From: Paraspadella gotoi
Taxonomy: Eukaryota > Animalia > Chaetognatha
Reading direction: 5' to 3'
DNA: 64,000 nt
NCBI GenBank assembly: GCA_051294375.1
Contig: CM119266.1
Coordinates: 11,217,212 to 11,281,211 of the forward strand
Both the position numbers and the translations under genes were made by a program. The notes below the pieces were generated by a model, which saw nothing but the letters and a program-made list of their open reading frames with translations, ran no database searches and was not told where the DNA came from. Shown here one piece after another: positions 11,836 through 28,900 of this stretch (its first letter is position 1; each line of letters opens with the position of its first letter).

Positions 11836-11860
11836 NNNNNNNNNNNNNNNNNNNNNNNNN

Positions 11861-13033
11861 CATGAGAATAACAAAACTAAATAAAAACCCGATAACGTAT
11901 GAAGAGACTCGGCCCTCTTATTTGAAATTGCAGAGTTTCCGCAATGATTTGCATACTTGAATCTTCTTTTCCCCATTTTGCATTTTACAATCATCTCCGC
12001 CTCCTTCGATTCCTTTTAGTTCTGGCGGCAATCGCTGGCGTCGCCTCTGTCGAAGGGCGACGACGACGACGACAACGATGAGGTACGACTTCGCCGGTGA
12101 AGAAGATTAAGTTGCAGACGATGACGACGACGATGAAAGACGACGATGTCTGCGTCAATGATGGACGAGGAGAGAACGACAAAGGCTGATGACGACGGCA
12201 CGCGATGCCGACAACAATGAGGACGACGACAACGACATAGGCCGACGAAAATACCGGAAACAAAGCCAACGATTATGTTCACAATCACGGGAGATAAAGA
12301 AAAGTAATGCGGGAAAATACGCAAGACATAGACAAAGACGACGACGACAATCGACGAGTCAATTCTTAAATTCTTTAAAAAAGAAAGAAAATGCCTTAAT
12401 ACGTTCGCAACTAGACGACAATGTTTACGGCGATAAATACCGTTATTATTCAGATTTTCAAGGAACAAACGCGGTACAACTTTGTCTCGCTTCTCGAAAG
12501 ATATGTCATCTTTTAACTTAACGTTTGCCAATCGGATGTCACTTAAAAACTCACTGCTTTTCTGATAAAGATTAAAAAAAAAAACTTTAACAGTGATCAA
12601 AACCTGTCGATGACATCAACACCTTCATGTCATTTATTATTTTTTCATAACGTTTGCCTTTTTTAAAAAATAAAACTTCTCCCGATGCATTGTTTTTTAT
12701 ATTGTTATTGCTACTGGACAGTTTTAGTTGTTTTTCTCACTTCTAAGTTTATTCGAAACGAATTTCTCCTATCCGTATTTCGCTCTTTATTTTGTTCTTT
12801 ATTCCGTTCCTCAATTCGTTCTCTGTTCTCACTCTCCGCCGCGACTAAGTCCTCGCTAAGTCTCAGTCACGTACCTCCGTTTCCCTCATTAGCGGAAAAG
12901 AAAAAAAAAAATGGAGAAAAAAAACCCAAAAATAATAAAAGGGAATATATTGAGAAGGAAGGAGATTTGGAGAAACGACTAATAAGATTAGGAAGACCTT
13001 GCCGACGACTTTTTATACTTTCTTTTTCCCGAG

Positions 13034-13106
<73 letters not shown>

Positions 13107-13986
13107 ATCGCCGTTTAAACTATATATAAAGCGACGCCCGAGTAATCAAATTGAGAATAGTAAAGACTCCTTATAATTCGTATTGCGAGTTGACAGCGTC
13201 GCACATTAGTACATCTTGAGAATGTAATATATGTCATCGCTCTAATTATAATTAACGAGATCTTTCGGCCAACAACAACCGAGACTTTCAAAGAAACTAT
13301 TTTGTAATAAAACTATTCTCCATACGTGAATGCTAGTTTCACTAGAGAAATCTTTTAAAAAAGAGGCAGTTGAAATTTTTTCTTTGCTAAACGACCTTTT
13401 AATTCTTTTATCCCAATCTGGTGTATAGCTTACAGTTCTCACTGTAAATTTAATTTGATTACCATTCATTGTTTTACGAGGCAGCTTACATAAATAGGTT
13501 AATAATTGCCATATATTTTTCTCTTCGCCATTTTATATGAATAATGATGTGTGAATCTGGCGGCAAAGGAAAAAATACATGTCAATTAAAAAAAAAACTG
13601 TTTATGTATTTACGGTTCAACAAACAGCGGTTAGATAGACAATTTTTTAAAAATAGAGAAAAATATCAATAAAAAAAGAAAACTTTAATTACAGGAGAGC
13701 GGTGAAGCGATTTTCTCCCTAATTTTCCGCCCAAGGTTCACAAGAAGATCGGAACACCGAATTAACCGAGAAAAATAAACCTATATGCAAATTGGACAAG
13801 AAAAAAAAAAGAGACCCATCTGTTCATTAATAAAAGAAATGTCACTTTGGGCGTAATTTTTTTTTCTTTTAGTTTTGAGATGGAAGGTGTGAGAAACACC
13901 GAACGAGGAGAACAGATATTCTAAACCCTCGATCTGAAGGGAGAGGGAGGGAGAAGAGAGAGAGAGAGAGAGACGAGAGACGGAGA

Positions 13987-14080
<94 letters not shown>

Positions 14081-14114
14081 CAGGAGAGAGAGAGAGAGAG
14101 AGAAGAGAGAGAGA

Positions 14115-14153
<39 letters not shown>

Positions 14154-14322
14154 CTTCGATCCTCATCAAGCACGCGTCGCTGTCGATAATTTTCATTTTT
14201 CGCGTCGCCAATTTTGACGCGCATTCCTTTTTTTTTTTTTTTGAGAGCATGGATAATCGAAAGCGTTTTCGCTCGATAAACGATGAAGTTCGTTGTCAAA
14301 TTGTGAGAGGAACCGATAGAGG

Positions 14323-14411
<89 letters not shown>

Positions 14412-15059
14412 AAACGACAATTTCTATCATTAAAATAATATATTCGCTTTTTTCAAAATTTAAAAATATCCGAAAATTCATGTCATCGAGACCAAGAAAC
14501 TCGTGAAGGTTTTTTTTTTTTTATTCACTTCGACTCAGAAAAACTGAAATTCGTTAAACGAAGAAAAAAAAAATTTCATTATTTTCGGATTTTCCTTTTT
14601 TCTTTAATTTTTTTAAGGAATGAAACTCGTTAAAGTTTCGTCACTAACCCGAAGAAAAAAAAATCCATTTCTTCGAAAAATTTTCAGAGGCCATTATGTC
14701 TCGTCATACTTTTTCTTTTTTTTTCTTTTTGTTTCTTTTTCTTTCGTTTTCTTTTCCGCGACCTTTTCGTTGTCGCCGATTAAGTGAAGCATTTCGTCGT
14801 CGTCGTCGTCCGTCGTCTGTCGTCGTCGTCGTCGTTCGTCGTTCGTCGAAATTGAGCCAAACAAGTCAATGCGCAGTCGCGCCATTTTAGCCGGCCTCGT
14901 ACCGCTTCAGGTCTCCACTCGTCTTATGAAATTGGTACTTTCCAATATAAAAATTATCCATTCAATTACCAAATAAGCTATCTTGCCCTGACTTTCGTTT
15001 CTTTGTTTTCTTTATTCTTTCTTTGTTTTTTTGTTTCTTTGTTTCTTTGTTTTCTTCTG

Positions 15060-15091
<32 letters not shown>

Positions 15092-15398
15092 TTCTTCTTT
15101 CTTTCTTTCTATTTTTTTCATTTTTCTCTCTATTTCATGTTTTTTTCCCTTTCTGTTAAAAAGATAATAAAAATTGACGAAAAATCCTAATGTCAATCAC
15201 TTTATCCTCGGACGCCGGTCATTGTCATCATTGTTGTCAGTACTGTCACCCGACCGTTGGTGTCAACATGGCTCGGATTTGAAGAATCAGAATTCGCAGA
15301 GGAAAAGTGAGAAAACAAAATGCGCGAAGGTCGGTTCGTTGACCGACCTTCGATCTTTGGTTGAGTGAGAGAGGAGAGAAGAGAGGGAGAGAGAGAGA

Positions 15399-15467
<69 letters not shown>

Positions 15468-15881
15468 GTCAGAAAGAAAGACTATATTCGAAGAAAACGA
15501 GAGGATAATTGCATAAATTTTCCTTTTTTTTTCTCGTCTGATTCGAAAAACAAGAAAAAAAAACACACACACACAAAAAAAAAAAAAAACCAAATAGGAA
15601 ACGACGAAAAACAATGACGAAAATTGAAACACTTTTCACGACGTTGATGCTTTTAATTTTCATTCGGAAGTAAAATCCGTTTGTCGACTTAGTCTCCATT
15701 TAGTTGTTAAAAACTCGGCTGGATCGACACCCGAGATCGAGGCGAGGGAGGGTCGATTGTCTGCATAAAATTGCGAACAGAAAAAGATTCGATTCCGTTT
15801 GACGATTATTTTTTATTCGCGCATCGATCGAAGCCTCTTTTTTGTCGTCGAAAAAGAAAAATATAACTGATTCGTCCCTCG

Positions 15882-15919
<38 letters not shown>

Positions 15920-15923
15920 TCTT

Positions 15924-15962
<39 letters not shown>

Positions 15963-16506
15963 CTTCTCTCTCTCTCTCTCTCTCTCTCTCGCATAATATT
16001 TGTTTCTTTTTTATTCTTGTTTTTTTGTAATTTTTTTCTTTCTCTCTCTCTCTATTCTTTCGCCGTCGTGAAAACTTATTGAGAAAAAAAAAGAACGGAA
16101 AAATTGAAATAATTGAGTGAATAAACTGAGAGAAGAGAAAATAAATTTAAAAAAAAAAAGAAATTTAAAAAATAAAGAAAGAAACTGGGAGCCCAAAACG
16201 ATGAAAACGGGTCGGCTCAGCTCGAGGAGTCAAATCCGGGAATTGAATCGAAATTTAATAAAAGCGGGGAATTATTGCTGGGCTTTTGGTTTTGATTGTT
16301 TAGATGATTTTATAGGACACGTTGTGCTCTTGACATTCTTCGAAAGTCCCGGATATATTTTTATAGTCTTCTCAGAAATATAGAGACTCATTGAAGAATG
16401 ACTCATGAAAATATTTAAGATAAACATTTTACTGGTCTAAATAAAATTAGATTAAGATTTTAGGAGAGAGCCGCTTAGTCTGAGGTCTGAGGCCCTTAAT
16501 CTGTTT
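11861..16506. repeat. Copy 2 (indel-rich) of the triplicated segment
   Basis: Starts CATGAGAATAACAAAACTAA like copy 3; frequent 1-bp indels versus copy 1; flanked by 25-N gaps. Confidence 0.95.
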
Positions 16507-16531
16507 NNNNNNNNNNNNNNNNNNNNNNNNN

Positions 16532-17702
16532 CATGAGAATAACAAAACTAAATAAAACCCGATAACGTATGAGAGACTCGGCCCTCTTATTTGAAATGCA
16601 GAGTTCCGCAATGATTTGCATACTTGAATCTTCTTTTCCCCATTTGCATTTTACAATCATCTCCGCCTCCCTTCGATTCCTTTTAGTTCTGGCGGCAATC
16701 GCTGGCGTCGCCTCTGTCGAAGGCGACGACGACGACGACAACGATGAGGTACGACTTCGCCGGTGAAGAAGATTAAGTTGCAGACGATGACGACGACGAT
16801 CGAAAAGACGACGATGTCTGCGTCAATGATGGACGCAGGAGAGAACGACAAAGGCTGATGACGACGGCCACGCGATGCCGACACAATGAGGACGACGACA
16901 ACGACATAGGCCGACAAATACCGGAGAACAAAGCCAACGATTATGTTCACAATCACGGGAGATAAAGAAAAGTAATGCGGGAAAATACGCAAGACATAGA
17001 CAAAGACGACGACGACAATCGACGAGTCAATTCTTAAATTCTTAAAAAAGAAAGAAAATGCTAATACGTTCGCAACTAGACGACAATGTTTACGGCGATA
17101 AATACCGTTATTATTCAGATTTTCAAGGAACAAACGCGAGTACAACTTTGTCTCGCTTCTCGAAAGATATGTCATCTTTTAACTTAACGTTTGCCAATCG
17201 GATGTCACTTTAAAAACTCACTGCTTTTCTGATAAAGATTAAAAAAAAAAACTTTAACAGTGATCAAAACCTGTCGATGACATCCAACACCTTCATGTCA
17301 TTTATTATTTTTTCATAACGTTTGCCTTTTTTAAAAATAAAACCTTCTCCCGATGCATTGTTTTTTTATATTGTTATTGCTACTGGACAGTTTTTAGTTG
17401 TTTTTCTCACTTCTAAGTTATATCGAAACGAATTTCTCCTATCCGTATTTTCGCTCTTTATTTTGTTCTTTATTTCCGTTCCTCAATTCGTTCTCTGTTC
17501 TCACTCTCCGCCGCGACTAAGTCCTCGCTAAGTCTCAGTCACGTACCTCCGTTTTCCCTCATTAGCGGAAAAGAAAAAAGAAAAATGGAGAAAAAAAACC
17601 CAAAAAATAATAAAAGGAATATATTGAGAAGGAAGGGATTTGAGAAACGACTAATAAGATTAGGAAGACTTGCCGACGACTTTTTATACTTTCTTTTTCC
17701 CG

Positions 17703-17777
<75 letters not shown>

Positions 17778-18680
17778 ATCGCCGTTTAAACTATATATAA
17801 AGCGACGCCCGAGTAATCAAATTGAGAATAGTAAAGACTCCTTATAATTCGTATTGCGAGTTGACAGCGTCGCACATTAGTTACCATCTTGAGAATGTAA
17901 TATATGTCATCGCTCTAATTATAATTAACGAGATCTCTTTCGGCCAACAACAACCGAGACTTTCAAAGAAACTATTTTGTAATAAAACTATTCTCCATAC
18001 GTGAATGCTAGTTTCACTAGAGAAATCTTTTAAAAAAGAGGCAGTTGAAATTTTTTCTTTGCTAAAACGACCTTTTAATTCTTTTATCCCAATCTGGTGT
18101 ATAGCTTACAGTTCTCACTGTAAATTTAATTTGATTACCATTCATTGTTTTACGAGGCAGCTTACATAAAATAGGTTAATAATTGCCATATATTTTTCTC
18201 TTCGCCATTTTATATGAATAATGATGTGTGAATCTGGGGCAAAGGAAAAAATACATTGTCAATTAAAAAAAAAACTGTTTATGTATTTACGGTTCAACAA
18301 ACAGCGGTTAGATAGACAATTTTCTTAAAAATAGAGAAAAATATCAATAAAAAAAGAAAACTTTAATTACAGGAGAGCGGTGAAGCGATTTCTCCCTAAT
18401 TTTCTCGCCCAAGGTTCACAAGAAGATCGGAACACCGAATTAACCGAGAAAAATAACCTATATGCAAATTGGACAAGAAAAAAAAAAGAGACCCATCTGT
18501 TCATTAATAAAAGAAATGTCACTTTGGGCGTAATTTATTTTTTCTTTTAGTTTTGAGATGGAAGGTGTGAGAAACACCGAAGAGGAGAACAGATATTCTA
18601 AACCCTCGATCCAGAAGGGAGAGGGGGAGGAGAGAGAGAGAGAGAGAGAGAGAGACGAGAGAGAGAGAGAGAGAGGAGAG

Positions 18681-18722
<42 letters not shown>

Positions 18723-18794
18723 AGCAGAAAGAGAGAGAGAGAGAGAGAGAGAGAGCAGGAGGAGAGAGAGAGAGAGAAGAGAGAGATGAGAGGA

Positions 18795-18826
<32 letters not shown>

Positions 18827-18990
18827 CTTCGATCCTCATCAAGCACGCGTCGCTGTCGATAATTTTCATTTTTCGCGTCGCCAATTTTGACGCGCATTCC
18901 TTTTTTTTTTTTTTTGAGAGCATGGATAATCCGAAAGCGTTTTCCGCTCGATAAACCGATGAAGTTCGTTGTCAAATTGTGAGAGGAACC

Positions 18991-19087
<97 letters not shown>

Positions 19088-19483
19088 AAACGACAATTTC
19101 TATCATTAAAATAATATATTCGCTTTTTTCAAAATTTAAAAATATCCGAAAATTCATGTCATCGAGACCAAGAAACTCGTGAAGGTTTTTTTTTTTTTAT
19201 TCACTTCGACTCAGAAAAAACTGAATTCGTTAACGAAGAAAAAAAAAATTTCATTATTTTCGGATTTTCCTTTTTTCTTTAATTTTTTTAAGGAATTGAA
19301 ACTCGTTAAAGTTTCGTCACTAACCCAAGAAAAAAAAATCCATTTTCTTCGAAAAATTTTCAGAGGCCATTATGTCTCGTCATACTTTTTCTTTTTTTTT
19401 CTTTTTGTTTCTTTTTCTTTCGTTTTCTTTTCCGCGACCTTTTCGTTGTCGCCGATTAATGAAGCATTCGTCGTCGTCGTCGT

Positions 19484-19520
<37 letters not shown>

Positions 19521-19731
19521 AATTGAGCCAAACAAGTCAATGCGCAGTCGCGCCATTTTAGCCGGCCTCGTACCGCTTCAGGTCTCCACTCGTCTTATGA
19601 AATTGGTACTTTCCAATATAAAAATTATCCATTCAATTACCAAATAAGCTTATCTTGCCCTGACTTTCGTTTTTTGTTTCTTTATTCTTTCTTTGTTTTT
19701 TTGTTTCTTTGTTTCTTTGTTTTTCTTTCTG

Positions 19732-19770
<39 letters not shown>

Positions 19771-20074
19771 TTTCTTTCTTTCTATTTTTTTCATTTTTCT
19801 CTCTATTTCATGTTTTTTTCCCTTTCTGTTAAAAAGATAATAAAAATTGACGAAAAATCCTAATGTCAATCACTTTATCCTCGGACGCCGGTCATTGTCA
19901 TCATTGTTGTCGTACTGTCACCCGACCGTTGGTGTCAACTATGGCTCGGATTTGAAGAATCAGAATTCGCAGAGGAAAAGTGAGAAAACAAAATGCGCGA
20001 AGGTCGGTTCGTTGACCGCCTTCGATCTTTGGTTGAGTGAGAGAGAGAGAGAGAGAGGGAGAGAGAGAGAGAGA

Positions 20075-20109
<35 letters not shown>

Positions 20110-20587
20110 GAGAGAGAGAGAGAGAAGAGAGAGAGATGCCAGTCAGAAGAAAGACTATATTCGAAGAAAACGAAGGATAATTGCATAAATTTTCCTTTTT
20201 TTTTCTCGTCTGATTCGGAAAAAACAAGAAAAAAAAACACACACACACAAAAAAAAAAAAAAACCAAATAGGAAACGACGAAAAACAATGACGAAAATTG
20301 AAACAACTTTTCACGACGTTGATGCTTTTAATTTTCATTCGGAAGTAAAATCCGTTGTCGACTTAGTCTCCATTTAGTTGTTAAAACTCGGCTGGATCGA
20401 CACCCGAGATCGAGGCGAGGGAGGGTCGATGTCTGCATAAAATGCGAACAGAAAAAGATTCGATTCCGTTTGACGATTATTTTTATTCGCGCATCGATCG
20501 AAGCCTCTTTTTTTGTCGTCGAAAAAGAAAAATATACTGATTCGTCCCTCGTTTCTCTCTCCTCTCTCTCTCTCTCTTCTCTCTCTT

Positions 20588-20626
<39 letters not shown>

Positions 20627-21177
20627 CTTCTCTCTCTCTCTCTCTCTCTCTCTCGCATAAATTTTTTCTTTTTTTTCTTGTTTTTTGTAATATTTTTTCT
20701 TTCTCTCTCTCTCTATTCTTTCGCCGTCGTGAAAACTTATTGAGAAAAAAAAAGAACGGAAAAATTGAAATAATTGAGTGAAATAAACTGAGAGAAGAAG
20801 AAAAATAAATTTATAAAAAAAAAGAAATTTAAAAAAAAATAAAGAAAAGAAACTGGAGCCCAAAATGATTGAAAACGGGTTCGGCTCAGCTCGAGGAGTC
20901 AAATCCGGAATTGAATCGAAATTTAATAAAAGCGGGGAATTATTGCTGGCTTTTGGTTTTGATTGTTTAGATGATTTTATATGGACACGTTGTGCTCTTG
21001 ACATTCTTCGGAAAGTCCCGGATATATTTTTATAGTCTTCTCAGAAATATAGAGACTCATTGAAGAATGACTCATGAAAATATTTAAGATAAACATTTTA
21101 CTGGTCTAAATAAAATTAGATTAAGATTTTTAGGAGAGAGCCGCTTAGGTCTGAGGTCTGGAGGCCCTTAATCTGTT
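16532..21177. repeat. Copy 3 (indel-rich) of the triplicated segment
   Basis: Same start and content as copy 2; runs on into unique sequence after ...CTTAATCTGTTT at ~21177. Confidence 0.95.
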
Positions 21178-21201
21178 TAGGTTCAGACAGATTTTAGAAA
21201 A

Positions 21202-21277
<76 letters not shown>

Positions 21278-21817
21278 TCGTCTCTCTCTCATCTCCGACC
21301 TTACCAGTCAGCAGAAGCGTCGTTCGTAAGACGAACTCCGTGCGTACAAATAAGAAAAAAAAAGTCAACTTTGCGATAGAAATGTCAGATTCACCGGAAA
21401 TGTCAACCACTGATTCCGGAATTCAGTTAGACAATGTTGACAAAGTTTAGTCATCAATTACGAACAGATTGGACGGCTCGTGCTGATTCTTCTGAATCCC
21501 TCAAGGGTAGTGACTAGTGAAATCGTTTTAAGATTTAAAAAATAAGAGATTAAATGTAGAATAGTATACATTTCTTAGAAACAAAAAACTTTTCAAAACA
21601 GAAACATGAAGAAATAAAAATAAGCTAAGTTTCTGAGCTTCGCCCCATTTTCTTCTGGTTGACGGTTGTTTGAGGTGACCTGGAAGAATAATCACATTTA
21701 AAAATTGTAAATTGTACACATTCACGAACACAATCTCACCGTCCGCCGGTGGTCGTTCGCTTCCTCGAATCACACCGCCCTCCCACCAATCGCGCCCTCT
21801 TACATCCGCGCGCCAAT

Positions 21818-22105
21818 TCACTTGAGCACCCCCTCCCTTCGCATCTGCTCCCTCGTCTGAACGACCGCGGCGCCCATTTCCGCGCCGCAGGTCAGTTCCC
21901 AGACTTCGAGACAAGAACGACAACGGCAGGACAACGGTACCGCCCACAGCATCGGCATCGGATCCGGGGTCAGCGTCCAGGGGGCGTAGAAGCGCTTGAA
22001 CGCCTCCGCGGAGAGAGACTCCAGATAAGCGTTTGAGCGCTTTTCCGGTTCGCGACAGTGGTTCATCACGAGTTGACGAGAGGTGGCGTCCAATTGATCC
22101 AACAT
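21818..22105 (-). CDS. Hypothetical 95-aa ORF or first exon
   Basis: Strong start context CCGCCGCCATG; GC-rich, non-repetitive (MLDQLDATSRQLVMNHCREPEKRSNAYLESLSAEAFKRFYAPW...). A GTGAGA donor lies downstream of the stop at ~21739. No family recognised. Confidence 0.35.
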   Translation of the reverse strand: MLDQLDATSRQLVMNHCREPEKRSNAYLESLSAEAFKRFYAPWTLTPDPMPMLWAVPLSCRCRSCLEVWELTCGAEMGAAVVQTREQMRREGVLK

Positions 22106-22439
22106 GGCGGCGGATGGAAATAAAAAAGAGAAATAAAAAAAAAGGAGGTGAAAAAAATTAAGGAATAATACGGAAAACGGAAAAGGAAATATTTAGCGGT
22201 ATAATTAATCGAGTTTTTCCTTTATTGTCACTGAAATTATTAATTAAATAAAAAAAGTCTTCAACTTAACGACATAAAAGATAAATATAAAAATGCGGAC
22301 CGGAATGATTGTCATAATGCCAAGATTAGAGATTATAATAAAGATAGGCTTTCAGGAATTTTAGATATCACTTTCTCTCGATTTTTCTCTCATTCCCTCT
22401 TTCTCACTCTCCCACTTTTCTCTCTCTCTCTCTCTCTCT

Positions 22440-26331
<3,892 letters not shown>

Positions 26332-27165
26332 GGGCACCGGCGACTAGGGGTCGAGGGGGGAGTGATTGACGTTAGGGTTAAGAAGATATCTATTCTGAGT
26401 GACATCTCGGTCGAGGTGATATTCTGAGTGAAAGATTAGTCAGGAGACGTGATGTCAGCGGCGATCATTGTGAGGATTTGTGAATGTCTTTTTAATTCTA
26501 AAGCGTAAATTCATAAGCTGAGTTATTTCATACTATTAACATATTACCTATTTGTAGAATTATTTCAATTTGGCATACTTCCATGTATAAAAATATCAAT
26601 ACATCTATCATACAGAATATCTAACAGAAAAGAACAAAAACTGTGTATAAAAGAGAAGATGATATTTAGGCATAAAAATCGTGGGTCGAAAAGGGAAGAC
26701 CGGAGAGACCGGAGAGACCCCCTTAACAGACCTTTAGTCCCTTCGACGTCGCACGTCTACTATTTTCGTTCAGGAGCGAAAAAAAAAAACGAGAAAGAGA
26801 ATTTCGTCCGCGCGCAGTTATCGCGCGCGCGTACGTGATGACAGCCGTGGGGGGAAGGTTGCAGTTTGCGTGTGAAGTGGTAGCTGTGATATGACAATCT
26901 GTTTTATGTTTTATTGTAGAATATACAATACATGATGTCCTATATTTTGAATGAGAAGATATTTCCGATATCCGAAAATACGTGGACCCAACTCACGTGC
27001 ATCTCGGAGACAAACTTACATGCGCCGTTCGAAAACTCGCACGCAAGTGCCTATCGAACACGCGATCGGTTGCCGCCTGAGCGAGACGCGCCCACCTGCT
27101 CGTTTTCAGGCGAAAGAATTGAGCCTCGTCCCTCGGCGGCGGCGGCGGCGGCGGCGGCGGCTTAC

Positions 27166-28900
27166 AAGATCACCCTCCGGCATCCCGTCATTTACACGTG
27201 AGATGGAAAAAAGAAGAAAAGAAAGAAGGGAAGAAACAAAAAACGCTCAACACAATGAATACAAGCTAGACTCAACTCTACTAACGAAACGAACTTACTC
27301 ACTTACCCTCTATTTCAGTAAAGCGGCGACGGTCGACGGGCAAGTGTCACGACCTGGTGGATCTGGATGACCTATCACCTTCGACTCCGAGCTGACAAGA
27401 AGATCTTGTCTCTTATGGCCATCGCAGCATGAAGGATTGTCCCCGGCAACGCGTGGAACTGCAGAACGAGAACTATTTTGCAACGCCCGCTTGTCCAAGC
27501 CCGCCAGTTAGCTGTGAATGATGCTCATCCGTTCATTACAAAACTGTTTAAAATGGAGATGCATCTGAATTAGGCGTCAATAATTCTTTATAATTATATT
27601 ATAATTTTTATTCTTTTCTTCTTCAGTTTTCCTTTATTTTTAAGAAAACCATATTTTTAAAGTGACTTTCTTGTTTTAATCAAAGTCTAAAACAATTATG
27701 ATCGCTTTTCAAATTTTTTTTCGAGATGTAAATGTCATAAACCCCATGTTCGAGGCTTCATCAGCCGACGCCTACACTAACAAAAAGAAATCAAAAATAT
27801 TCGCATACACAGAAAAAAACTTTTTCAATGAAATTTCATTTTCTTCGGCGACACTCGTAATAGCCTTAACGATTGCCCCCACCGATTGCAGGGTTCTCGG
27901 CAAAGCGGGCGGACCCTGCAACTGTCCCGTCCCGGCCAAGACCATACAGTTCATTATCATGGAAGTTTTCGCCTCGAAGAACGAGAATTCGGATGGTGCG
28001 GGCACTGCGGACTTTTTACTACAAGGATAAGTTGTAGTCTTCTTGTCACTTTGATTGGCTAAGGAGAAGAAAACGCAGAAAAGAGATGGATAGGTAAGAC
28101 CGCGGACAAAGTAAAAAATAAGAGTTCTGTAACTATATAATAACGTCTAGGAGCATCCTCTCCCTGTGGGATAACGAAAATTTTTAAAAAAAAATTAAGA
28201 TTTTTATGTATAGTACTAACATAGAAAGCATTATAAAGTTTATCGTATTTTGAAATCAATGAAAAACAATTTTTTCAAATTCAAAATTTTTAAAAACGGA
28301 TTCGGGTATAGAGCTTGAAAAGAAAAAAAAAAATTATTACAACGTTTTACAAATTATTTTATGTTTTACTTTAAAAAATAAATTAAAACCTATAAAAAAT
28401 TATGGTTATGATGATGATTATTATTTTTAAATGTTTTCCTGATATTCGAACCAACTTATCATCGAAAATATTTAAAAACGCATTATACTTTATGTAGATA
28501 ACTTTTCATGGGTTAGTGAAATCCGTTATTACACGAAATAAAATTTAAAACTTTTTTTCATTGCCGAATTACATTTATAAATCATTTAAATGCTTCGATT
28601 CATGTTATACTGTGCTTCACTAATTAAAAAAAGTGATAGTAAATATTATTCAAGCTATCATTGATGACAAATAATTTAATATTAACACAGAAACTCCTAA
28701 TGATAAACAAAGCGATCCATTTTAGCCCCCGCTTAATGGATATAATGGTGTTAATTTTATATACTTTAATGACAAAAAATGGTTTGTATAACTTTGCAAT
28801 ATGTTTGCCCTAGCTGAACGATCAAGTCAAAGAGGCAAAGAAGTCGGATGTGTGACTTTTATATTTGATTTGGAGAGATAACAAAAAATTAATGGCCATA
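27166..28900 (+). other. Partial, error-rich inverted copy of the GM2-activator-like gene
   Basis: Contains ...VIYT|, KAATVDGQV..., CRVLGKAGGPCNCPVPAKT and KEVGCV segments. Lacks exon 1 and most of exon 2, and has frameshifts. Probably an assembly copy rather than a true pseudogene. Confidence 0.7.

Noticed and set aside
9975-20781. Many SLSLSL / RERERE / FLSF ORFs
   Set aside because: Translations of (GA)n and (GAAA)n microsatellites.
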